A stretch of 51,506 bases of DNA from a virus, in the IMG/VR virus record IMGVR_UViG_3300045988_081631; one strand, given 5' to 3'. The notes under the pieces were generated by a model that worked only from the letters and a program-made list of their open reading frames with translations, was not told where the DNA came from and ran no database searches. The translations under genes and the position numbers were made by a program. The first letter of the stretch is position 1. Each line of letters starts with the position of its first letter. Below are positions 35,727 through 43,437 of the stretch, piece by piece.

Positions 35727-36980
35727 TTAACCTCCTTGCATTTCCGCGAATCGCATCGTTGCGCCGTCAAAATACAGCGTAATCCTTCCGCATCGACCGC
35801 CCCGATTTTTGTCCAGAAACAGCTTCCTTTCCGGGTCGTCCTTGTCGTTCGGCGCATGCAGCAGGAGTACCGCGTCTGCGTCCTGCTCGATGCTGCCGGA
35901 TTCGCGGAGGTCTGACAGTTTCGGCTCGTCGTTTCGCTCGCTCGCGCGGTTGAGCTGTGAAGCGGTCAAAACCGGGATTTTTAGCTCCATCGCAAGCGCC
36001 TTTAGCCCTCTTGTGACAACTCCGACTGCTTCCGCGCGGTTGTTTGTCTTCTGCCCTGCGTCGAGTAGCTGCAAGTAATCAGCCACGATCAAATCAAGCC
36101 CGCCATGTGCCCGCGTCCTCAGCGCCATTCGGCGGATATCCTGCACGGTTCGCGCCCGTTCGCTGATGCAGAACCTCTCTGACGGGATTTCTGCAAAGCT
36201 GTCAGCGACTTTGATGATCTCGTCTTCCGTCAGGTTGTGGCGCTCGATTTTGTCTACCGAGACGCCGCTTTTCTGCGCCACAACACGCCCGACGACCTCG
36301 TCCGCGCCCATCTCGCAAGATACCAACAGGATTCTTCTGCCTGCGTCCAGCGCTCGAACGGCCATATGCAGCAGGAGCGCAGACTTGCCGACGGAAGGCC
36401 GTGCGCCGACAACAATCAGCTTCCCTCCCGCAATCAGCAAGGATTGATCGAGCTTCGGAAACCCTGTCTTTGCGATGGGTTCAACCGCTCCGCTCGTGAG
36501 TCGTGTATAAAAGCCGCAAAGCGCGTCTGTGCCGCTGATAATGTCTCCGTCGTCTGTTTGTCCGCCCAACTCGTTTAGACGCACCACCGCGCCGTTGAGC
36601 AGCTCCGACGTGGATATCTCACCATCGTTCGCGCTCTTGACTGTATCCAGGCACGTCTTGATAAGCGCTTTCCGCATTGCCGCTTCCCGGATGTTCCGTG
36701 CCTGCTGTTCGGCAAGCGCCGTTGTGACGGTTTCCGTGGCGACGACGATAGCCTGTTCAAGGTCGTCGTCAGAAATCACGCCTTCCAGCGTCGGGATATC
36801 GCATGGACGGCCTTGCCTCTCAAGCGCAAGCGCGGCCTCAAAAATTCGGCGGCAGAACGGGATTGTGAACCATTCGGCTTTAAGCCCGGAATCGCTTGCC
36901 TTTGTGTCGCCCTTGATGATTGCGCCGCAGAATTCGCGCTCAGAGATCTCTTTGGTGAGACTTTGGTACGGATCGTCCAT
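35727..36980 (-). CDS. dnaB: replicative DNA helicase (DnaB-like)
   Basis: Walker A GARPSVGKSAL; IVADYLQLL; SQLNR. Confidence 0.85.
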   Translation of the reverse strand: MDDPYQSLTKEISEREFCGAIIKGDTKASDSGLKAEWFTIPFCRRIFEAALALERQGRPCDIPTLEGVISDDDLEQAIVVATETVTTALAEQQARNIREAAMRKALIKTCLDTVKSANDGEISTSELLNGAVVRLNELGGQTDDGDIISGTDALCGFYTRLTSGAVEPIAKTGFPKLDQSLLIAGGKLIVVGARPSVGKSALLLHMAVRALDAGRRILLVSCEMGADEVVGRVVAQKSGVSVDKIERHNLTEDEIIKVADSFAEIPSERFCISERARTVQDIRRMALRTRAHGGLDLIVADYLQLLDAGQKTNNRAEAVGVVTRGLKALAMELKIPVLTASQLNRASERNDEPKLSDLRESGSIEQDADAVLLLHAPNDKDDPERKLFLDKNRGGRCGRITLYFDGATMRFAEMQGG

Positions 36981-37713
36981 AGCTCATTCCTCCCACGCTG
37001 TCAGGCGGCTTTTCCGCCCACGTGTATCCTCGCTCTTTCTCCTTGCGAAGAATGCCCTCGACATACCGCCAACATCGGCTTTTTTCTGTCACTCCTTGAG
37101 TTTTGTTTATGGCTTTCAGCAGATTTTCAGCTCCGTATCCAGCCCTGAGTCTGTCCATCGCGTCAAAGTCGCCCGAAGCACTGACAGGTAAGCCCATGCG
37201 CTTTGCAGCAGCCTCCACGTCTGCCTGTTCTTCCCGCATTCGCCGCGGTTCGTCGTCCGTCACGTCGTCGTAGGGGTTTGGGGTTACGTAACCACCACCA
37301 ATATTCTTTTCTTGTTCTTTTACTTGTTCTTGTTCTTGTATATACGCGTTTTGCTTGACGTTGCTTTCGTCTGCTTCCGGTTGCTTGGCTTTGCTTGGCT
37401 TTGCTTGGCTTTGCTTCAATGTGCTTGCGTTTGCTTCCGTTTGCTTGACGTTGCTTTCGTCTGCTTCCGGTTGCTTGGCGCATCCGCCTTTCTTCCCGCT
37501 TGCTTTCTTTGCTTCCAAGGATTCAGCGCACTGGTCGATTTTGAATTGAAGCGTGTCCCAGACATACCATTCCGGCGCGTTCTCGCCAAACGTCGGCAAC
37601 TCGCCACGGTAGGCATAGGCCATCATGGCCATAAAAAGCCGTCCGCGCTGTGCGTCATCATATCGCTTGAGAAGAACTTCGATGTCTGGGAAGACCTTCA
37701 GATAATCCAGCAT
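36940..37713 (-). CDS. replisome organiser / DnaD-like replication protein with a repetitive linker
   Basis: Lies upstream of the helicase. Linker with a KQ-x8 10-aa periodicity. ATG 37713 after AGGAGAAAGGAG. Confidence 0.6.
   Translation of the reverse strand: MLDYLKVFPDIEVLLKRYDDAQRGRLFMAMMAYAYRGELPTFGENAPEWYVWDTLQFKIDQCAESLEAKKASGKKGGCAKQPEADESNVKQTEANASTLKQSQAKPSKAKQPEADESNVKQNAYIQEQEQVKEQEKNIGGGYVTPNPYDDVTDDEPRRMREEQADVEAAAKRMGLPVSASGDFDAMDRLRAGYGAENLLKAINKTQGVTEKSRCWRYVEGILRKEKERGYTWAEKPPDSVGGMSYGRSVPKSHQRDL
37351..37479. repeat. TTGCTT motifs mostly at 10-bp spacing, including two exact 39-bp copies 90 bp apart; candidate origin iterons inside the replication gene
   Basis: ttgcttgacgttgctttcgtctgcttccggttgcttggc at 37351..37389 and 37441..37479; tandem tttgcttggc units between them. 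Confidence 0.8.
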
Positions 37714-37740
37714 CCTTTTTCTCCTTTCTCCTAAAATAAA

Positions 37741-37890
37741 TGGTGGCAAGCCCCGGAATCGAACCGGGCGACGCGGGCAAGGTGCTACGCGTTAAACCCA
37801 TGAAGCGAATATTGGAAGGGGGAAACCTTGATCCAGGAGGAATTTCGTCTGTCAAGAAGAAGCCCCGCGCCGATACCTGCTATGCTTGCC
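37741..37890 (-). ncRNA. non-canonical tRNA-like element (acceptor stem, T-arm and encoded CCA; the anticodon arm is replaced by an 8-bp helix plus an 86-nt insert)
   Basis: Minus strand GGCAAGC-AUAGCAGGUAUC-GGCGCGGG..86 nt..CCCGCGUC-G-CCCGG-UUCGAUU-CCGGG-GCUUGCC-A-CCA. Confidence 0.5.
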
Positions 37891-37946
37891 ATAAGTGCCG
37901 CCGTTTTGCCCCGGCGGCTAGGCTGTCTGTGAAACGTCTTTTATTT

Positions 37947-38145
37947 GCCGTCTTTCCGGCTGCCAGAAAAAATGGTGTGCGGTCTTTCCCGCCGTCAGAA
38001 TGTGAAAAAACAGTTTTGTCTTTCCGCCGTCTCTCCGGCTGTCAATTTTGTTGATCGTCTTTCCGATCTGTCGATGCTAAAGAACACGTCCCTTCGTCTT
38101 TCCGAAGCGCCAGAAATGAAATGTGCGGCGCCCGTCTTTCCGAGC
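37947..38145 (-). repeat. array of seven mini-hairpins with covarying stems and a conserved loop (GAAAGA on the minus strand)
   Basis: Plus strand gccg/tctttc/cggc, gcgg/tctttc/ccgc, (g/tctttc/c), gccg/tctctc/cggc, gatcg/tctttc/cgatc, cttcg/tctttc/cgaag, gcccg/tctttc/cgagc. Confidence 0.75.
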
Positions 38146-38356
38146 AGCCAGTATGATCATAATTTGCCCTTGCTCCGCCATCCTCCCTTCTGTTGGAGCT
38201 TTCACCGTTTCAAGCAGTTCCTTCGTGCTTGACTTACCCAAACTTCTTCTGCTCGGCGCGCGGCGGTATCGACCCGCCCCTTCTTCTTGGCGCTGCTTGC
38301 CGCCTTGAAGCTGCTCTCCTGAGCTGCGCACCATGCGCAAGGGTTTTAGCCCTTGC

Positions 38357-39022
38357 TTAATCCGGCTCACATTTCAACCCCAGCGTCTTACAAATTTCTT
38401 TCGTCGCCTTGATGGACTTAATGTGGTATCGTTCATCAAATTCTTCCTGCGCCATCGTGTGGCACTCCGTATGATGCACCCTGCAAAGCGGTTCGAGCGG
38501 CATACCCTCGTGGATGATAGTCTTTCGGTTCGCACCCATGCCAATCCGCGTCCAGTGGTGGATATCGGCTTTCTGGCCGCAGATGCAGCACTTTCGGCGC
38601 ATCAGGCAGGAATACATATACCTGTCAACGTCGTCGGCCAGAGAGGCCAGCGGAACGCGTGTCGGGATATCGTTGCGGAGAATGAAGTCAATTAAATAGG
38701 AAATAAATTCTTTGGCAGTTGTCACGTCGCAATCCGACAGGCTGAACAGCTCTCGTTGGAGCTGTTTGAGGTGGTTTGCAACAAAGTCATGCTTCATCAC
38801 GTCCTTGATTTCGCTCTGCTCGTAGCCGTAGAACTCGCCGATTTCCCGCATCAGCGCATAAGCCTTGCGGCGCTGCTCCGGGCTGATTCTTCGCCCGTCT
38901 GGCAAGCCAACCTGTACCTCGTTGTATTGGCGCTTGATGATCTTCTCAAGGTCTCCATACGGCACGAAGACCATCAAGCCGCCGTCAACCACGTCAACGA
39001 TCTTTCCCGGCGCTATTTCCAT
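38357..39022 (-). CDS. HNHc-type phage nuclease
   Basis: CCICGQKADIHHW.....LCRVHHTECH. Confidence 0.65.
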   Translation of the reverse strand: MEIAPGKIVDVVDGGLMVFVPYGDLEKIIKRQYNEVQVGLPDGRRISPEQRRKAYALMREIGEFYGYEQSEIKDVMKHDFVANHLKQLQRELFSLSDCDVTTAKEFISYLIDFILRNDIPTRVPLASLADDVDRYMYSCLMRRKCCICGQKADIHHWTRIGMGANRKTIIHEGMPLEPLCRVHHTECHTMAQEEFDERYHIKSIKATKEICKTLGLKCEPD

Positions 39023-39554
39023 TCGGATTCTCCTTCTGCCAGAGGAAAACGAGCTTCTTGTTCTTGGAGTTTCGGATTGCAAGCCCTACGATATTTCGCT
39101 GTTCATCGTCATAAGCGATTTTCTGCACCTCAAACTTGTCGTAGGTCATCGCCTTGCCGTTTTTGTTTGGCTTGATTTCCACTTTTTCAGCGGGAATCCA
39201 GATAAACGGCGCTGTGTAAAGCTCTCGACCGATGCCCCAGTTGACGCAGGCGCGCTTGAAACTGTCAGATGCAAGCCCCTTCGCGGCTTCCGTGTTGCTC
39301 TCTGTGCCCGTGTCCTCCTTCTCAATCCACGTCTTTTTGTCTGCGTCAAAGATGGAGACAATGCAGTTTGCGTTATCCCTGTCGTGGCGACGCGACCAGT
39401 TGAACGAGCCGACTGTCTCATCAAGGATATCCATATCGCACCGCGCGTTCTTGTAAAGCAGGAGCTGACAGCCCTTTTCGCTGATCTGCGCAACCCGCAC
39501 GTCAATTTCGGACGCTTCCAGCGGTCGGAACATCCGCTTTTTCTTCTCGTCCAT
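38994..39554 (-). CDS. Rad52/Sak-like single-strand annealing protein
   Basis: LLLYKNARCDMDILDETVG...KGLASDSFKRACVNWGIGRELY. Confidence 0.7.
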   Translation of the reverse strand: MDEKKKRMFRPLEASEIDVRVAQISEKGCQLLLYKNARCDMDILDETVGSFNWSRRHDRDNANCIVSIFDADKKTWIEKEDTGTESNTEAAKGLASDSFKRACVNWGIGRELYTAPFIWIPAEKVEIKPNKNGKAMTYDKFEVQKIAYDDEQRNIVGLAIRNSKNKKLVFLWQKENPNGNSAGKDR

Positions 39555-39558
39555 CCTT

Positions 39559-39696
39559 TCACCACCTATCCATCATGTCCCAGAAGGGGTTATCGTCGTC
39601 CTGCTCGGTGTTCCAGCTCGGCTCTTGTCCTGTCAAGCAGGGCGACCACTCGCCATCTGTATACGCCTTGTACAGCGCCAACTGCTCACTTGACAT
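39559..39696 (-). CDS. small acidic hypothetical protein (45 aa)
   Basis: Hand translation MSSEQLALYKAYTDGEWSPCLTGQEPSWNTEQDDDNPFWDMMDRW. Confidence 0.4.
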   Translation of the reverse strand: MSSEQLALYKAYTDGEWSPCLTGQEPSWNTEQDDDNPFWDMMDRW

Positions 39697-40183
39697 AGAT
39701 GCTCACCGTCTGCCGCAGTTCTGCGCCATCGACAGCCTTTCCGGCCTTCAAGGCTTCCTTGATTTTTGTCTTGTCCGGCTCGTACTTGGCCGGAATCTCG
39801 CGCATGTACTCGCTGGTCAGCTTGCTTGCATCGGTGATTTCTGCCGCAGGCGGATTTTTTTTAAAGAAGATATTTACCTTGGCCGTCTCAAACTTTTCGC
39901 CGCCAAGCGACTGGCTCAGATACGCCTTCAGCTTTTCAAGCTGCCCTTCATACACCTTCCGGCGCTCGGAAATGGATTTCTCCTCGTTCTTCATCGCGTC
40001 GATCAAGGCCGTTTGCTTTTTGATGTAAAGCCCAGTGTTCTCGATCTTCTCCTCACGCGCCATTTGCAGCGCATCCAGCGCTTCCGCGCCGATGATCTCG
40101 CCCGTCTCCGGGTTTACCAGCTCATAGCCTTCAAGCAGCGCTTCAATATTCGCGTCGATCTGGTACAGGCTCAATCCGCTCAT
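39686..40183 (-). CDS. Gp157-like phage protein
   Basis: MSGLSLYQIDANIEALLEG... coiled coil; position is before the annealase. Confidence 0.6.
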   Translation of the reverse strand: MSGLSLYQIDANIEALLEGYELVNPETGEIIGAEALDALQMAREEKIENTGLYIKKQTALIDAMKNEEKSISERRKVYEGQLEKLKAYLSQSLGGEKFETAKVNIFFKKNPPAAEITDASKLTSEYMREIPAKYEPDKTKIKEALKAGKAVDGAELRQTVSIYVK

Positions 40184-40325
40184 TGATGATTCTCCTCTCT
40201 TGCGCTCTGATGATCTCTTTCCGGCGGCGCGAAGCAGCTTTGCTTGCTTGCATTGCGGCCCACGCTTCGCGCCCCATCTGCTCGGCGGCTTCCTGCTGCT
40301 CAAGCTCAAACAGCTCACTCCGCAT
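40143..40325 (-). CDS. small hypothetical protein (60 aa)
   Basis: AAGGAG is 7 nt before ATG 40325. Confidence 0.4.
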   Translation of the reverse strand: MRSELFELEQQEAAEQMGREAWAAMQASKAASRRRKEIIRAQERRIINERIEPVPDRREY

Positions 40326-40461
40326 CTTCAAGCTCCTTGATTCGCTGGTTCAGGTTCTTGATATATTCCTCAATCATAATAAGTGGAAGCGCCGAATAGC
40401 CGAATTTGTGCAGCAGATTCTCCGTCTCTTTCAGCGCCTCCAATACCGTTTTCTCATCCAT
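40315..40461 (-). CDS. small hypothetical protein (48 aa)
   Basis: AAGGAGGG RBS; starts MDEKTVLEALKE. Confidence 0.45.
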   Translation of the reverse strand: MDEKTVLEALKETENLLHKFGYSALPLIMIEEYIKNLNQRIKELEDAE

Positions 40462-40612
40462 TCTTCTTTCCCTCCTTGTCCATTTCCGCGAGGATGCAGC
40501 ACACCAGCAGCAGCGCCGCACCGACCACGCCAACCGCCAGCGCATACGCAAGCACCATGCCCAGCCCTTCAAGCAGCCGGGCGAAAAAACCGATGAACTG
40601 CGCTTTAAGCAT
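40454..40612 (-). CDS. 52-aa hydrophobic peptide with a charged C-terminus (type I toxin-like)
   Basis: Hand translation MLKAQFIGFFARLLEGLGMVLAYALAVGVVGAALLLVCCILAEMDKEGKKNG. Confidence 0.5.
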   Translation of the reverse strand: MLKAQFIGFFARLLEGLGMVLAYALAVGVVGAALLLVCCILAEMDKEGKKNG

Positions 40613-40640
40613 TGATATTTCATCCTTTCTGTGCTATAAT
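40612..40640 (+). promoter_or_regulatory. near-consensus plus-strand promoter with an extended -10
   Basis: TTGATA-17 nt (ending TGC)-TATAAT. Confidence 0.6.
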
Positions 40641-40645
40641 AGCCA

Positions 40646-40702
40646 TGGTTTAAATTTTCCATTGGCTTCCGCTCGTGTTGCTGCACGGGCGGCTCTTTTT
40701 TT
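40646..40702 (+). ncRNA. candidate sRNA of about 55 nt, antisense to the HTH-to-peptide intergenic mRNA
   Basis: Promoter as above. Terminator CCGCUCGUG-UUGCUG-CACGGGCGG plus U7. The stem G.U pair exists only in plus-strand RNA. Confidence 0.5.
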
Positions 40703-40985
40703 ATACCCACTGTTTCTTTCGGCGAATCGGCTTTCCCGCTTCCTTCGCCTCGATGAACCGCGCAAGGCTTCGCACGTCAACGGCCTTACCCTCGCAGGCT
40801 CTTTCGATCTGGCCGCCCTTGAGCATCGCGCTGATTGTTGACCGCGAACAGCCGAGGATTTCCGCCGCCCTGACAGTCGTACAGGTTTCGCCGTACTGGA
40901 TTGCCATTGCCGCCTGTCTGTCGCCGAGGATTGCGGTCTTGAGCGCGTCAAACTGTGCGTCTGTCAATGCCCGAATCTCCATCAT
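40701..40985 (-). CDS. helix-turn-helix DNA-binding protein
   Basis: TTVRAAEILGCSRSTISAMLKGGQI. Confidence 0.65.
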   Translation of the reverse strand: MMEIRALTDAQFDALKTAILGDRQAAMAIQYGETCTTVRAAEILGCSRSTISAMLKGGQIERACEGKAVDVRSLARFIEAKEAGKPIRRKKQWV

Positions 40986-41158
40986 CACACCCCCTTAAAC
41001 AGCTTTGCCAGCAAGAAAAAGAAGCTGTACCCGTTGAGCACCGCGCAGACCAGCATCCAGACCCACATGAACGCGCTAGTCGTCTTCTGGCCTTGCAAAA
41101 TGCAAACCATACACACTACTCCCGACAGGGCTGTCATGAGGATATCCATGTTAAACAT
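40985..41158 (-). CDS. 57-aa two-helix membrane protein
   Basis: Hand translation MFNMDILMTALSGVVCMVCILQGQKTTSAFMWVWMLVCAVLNGYSFFFLLAKLFKGV. Confidence 0.45.
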   Translation of the reverse strand: MFNMDILMTALSGVVCMVCILQGQKTTSAFMWVWMLVCAVLNGYSFFFLLAKLFKGV

Positions 41159-41314
41159 ACTCGCACTCCCAAAGCAACCACGACAACCAACCGAAACAAA
41201 GCGTGACGATCAGGCTTGTCAGCGTATTCAGTACGCTTCCGCCACAAGTGGCGTTCAGCCCGGTGACAGCCGCCGCGAAGATGGTGAGCGCAGCGCCTAC
41301 CCAGAACAATTTCT

Positions 41315-41318
<4 letters not shown>
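41151..41318 (-). CDS. 55-aa two-helix membrane protein
   Basis: Hand translation MKKLFWVGAALTIFAAAVTGLNATCGGSVLNTLTSLIVTLCFGWLSWLLWECEYV; ATGA coupling. Confidence 0.45.
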
Positions 41319-41949
<631 letters not shown>

Positions 41950-41962
<13 letters not shown>

Positions 41963-42237
41963 TCTCTCACCGCCTTAATGTTCTCCACGGCCTTATCCGT
42001 GCAGGCGATGATCTCGATCACGCCGAGAACCGTGCAGGACGGGACGGTTACCGTGAACTTGCAGTTCTGCGGGCACTTCACGCCCTCGGTCGCAAGCTGG
42101 CTCAAGCTCGCCGCGCCCTCCCAGTACCAGATACGCCGAGCGTCGGTCAGCTTCGCTTCGTTGCCGTTGCGCTCCTCGATGTGGGCGAAAAATACGCCCG
42201 CACGGTCGGTTCTTACGATGTACCACTGTTTTTCCAT
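41950..42237 (-). CDS. hypothetical protein (95 aa)
   Basis: ORF track. Confidence 0.55.
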
Positions 42238-42250
42238 GTTCGTTTCCTCC

Positions 42251-42424
42251 TTATTCTTGCTTTACAGCTTTCTTGCTCTCCGCAGCCTTCTCGGCTTCCT
42301 TTTCCTCGTTCTTCGCGCTTCCCAGCGCGATTCCGGCCATCAGACCAGCGATGGCCGCGGTGCCGCGGTTCTCCGGCATATCGCCCAGCATCTCGACAAC
42401 CTTCTTGACCTGTTCTTCGCTCAT
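42251..42424 (-). CDS. first early-operon protein (57 aa, one hydrophobic helix)
   Basis: GGAGGTG RBS; begins about 50 nt downstream of the early promoter. Confidence 0.5.
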   Translation of the reverse strand: MSEEQVKKVVEMLGDMPENRGTAAIAGLMAGIALGSAKNEEKEAEKAAESKKAVKQE

Positions 42425-42475
42425 GCTATCACCTCCAAGCCGTGTTACATTTTTTATTTTGTTGACCATGTGAAC

Positions 42476-42504
42476 ATTATACGCTTCTAAGTTACCTTTG
42501 TCAA
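42476..42504 (-). promoter_or_regulatory. early lytic promoter (perfect consensus)
   Basis: Minus strand TTGACA-17-TATAAT. Confidence 0.8.
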
Positions 42505-42580
42505 CATGTTTTTGCAAATTTATGTTGACTGTGTTGGAATTATTTTTAGAAACTGAATCTCTAGGAATACAAAAAACATG

Positions 42581-42609
42581 TTGACTGTGTTAGCATGTTG
42601 TGTTATAAT
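42581..42609 (+). promoter_or_regulatory. repressor gene promoter
   Basis: TTGACT-17-TATAAT; the ATG is 26 nt downstream. Confidence 0.8.
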
Positions 42610-42634
42610 GATTGCGTCAAAGAGAGGTGAAAAC

Positions 42635-43027
42635 ATGAAAGACAGGATTAAAGAAATCCGTAATTTATATGGAATGACACAGGCTGAATTTTCCGAAAAG
42701 CTAGGCGTTTCAAGGAATTATACAAGCCTTCTCGAATCCGGCGACCGCGTTCCTTCCGAACAGCTCGTTAAGTCGATTTGCCGTGAGTTTAACATCCGTT
42801 ATGACTGGTTGGTAAACGGCGAAGAACCGATGATGATTCCGCAAGACAAGTATGATGAGCTGATTCAGACGATTCTTCATAATAAGTCGGAGTTCATGCG
42901 GTCGGCAGTCATGACCATCTCCCGCATCCCCGGCGGTTGGGAAGCGCTTGAACAGGTCGTAACGCAGGTCTACGAGGATTGGCAGAAAGAGCTGAAAGCC
43001 CAAAACGAAAAAAAGCCGGACGAATAA
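42635..43027 (+). CDS. cI-like XRE-family repressor
   Basis: IKEIRNLYGMTQAEFSEKLGVSRNYTSLLESG; divergent from the early operon. Confidence 0.8.
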   Translation: MKDRIKEIRNLYGMTQAEFSEKLGVSRNYTSLLESGDRVPSEQLVKSICREFNIRYDWLVNGEEPMMIPQDKYDELIQTILHNKSEFMRSAVMTISRIPGGWEALEQVVTQVYEDWQKELKAQNEKKPDE

Positions 43028-43049
43028 CGCAAAGCGCAATCGCGGGCAT

Positions 43050-43084
43050 AAAAATCCCCGGCCGCGTTTGCGAACCGGGGATTT
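43050..43084. terminator. bidirectional terminator
   Basis: aatccccgg-13 nt-ccggggatt, flanked by an A-run and a T-run. Confidence 0.7.
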
Positions 43085-43089
43085 CCCTG

Positions 43090-43299
43090 TTATGACACCT
43101 TCGGCGCGTCGATATACGCGCGTTCGAGCATTGCCCAGACGCGAAGCAACGTCGGGCGGTCTACCTTGGTGATGAGCCTACCGCAGATCTCTTGTATCCG
43201 ATCAGTCGGGACATCCGGCGGCGGTTTTGCCCCGTCTGTGGTGTGCTCTCTCCTTGCTCGATGGGTCGGGATGTTACAGGGTCTTCGAGTTTGCTTCAT
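43090..43299 (-). CDS. hypothetical protein (69 aa)
   Basis: Strong RBS AAGGAGGG. Confidence 0.55.
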   Translation of the reverse strand: MKQTRRPCNIPTHRARREHTTDGAKPPPDVPTDRIQEICGRLITKVDRPTLLRVWAMLERAYIDAPKVS

Positions 43300-43437
43300 G
43301 GTACGTCCCTCCTTCTATGTATATTGTATCACTACTTTTGTTAAACGCTTCTGATTCGACAAACAAAGTGCAGATGCGTATGAATCCGTATATGTTTCTG
43401 TCTGCATTCGACAGATTTTGAAAGAAGGTGAATACAT

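Noticed and set aside
37741-37890. A standard tRNA gene, or an attP tRNA 3' fragment
   Set aside because: No D-arm or anticodon loop can be drawn, and no U33-type loop precedes the T-arm. An upstream 7-mer does complete the acceptor stem, and the element is 8 kb from the integrase. It is kept as a non-canonical tRNA-like finding instead.
37947-38145. Could the hairpin array be a CRISPR array?
   Set aside because: The repeats are only about 14-16 nt, the stems differ between copies, and spacing is irregular (11-39 nt). There are no cas genes. This is not CRISPR-like.
37853-38289. 9-nt long-range inverted repeat aagaagaag / cttcttctt that could close the whole leader into one domain
   Set aside because: A 9-mer complement within about 600 nt is roughly expected by chance. 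There is no supporting covariation within a single sequence.
37740-38370. ORFs overlapping the leader (37740..38054 +, 37945..38232 +, 38123..38308 +, 38077..38370 -)
   Set aside because: No RBS is present and the composition is basic and Cys-rich. The repeated hairpin motif is read in different frames in different copies, so the conservation is at the nucleotide level.
42527-42560. A second TTGACT at 42527..42532 as an independent promoter
   Set aside because: No acceptable -10 hexamer lies 16-18 nt downstream (agaaac). It is more likely an operator copy than a promoter.
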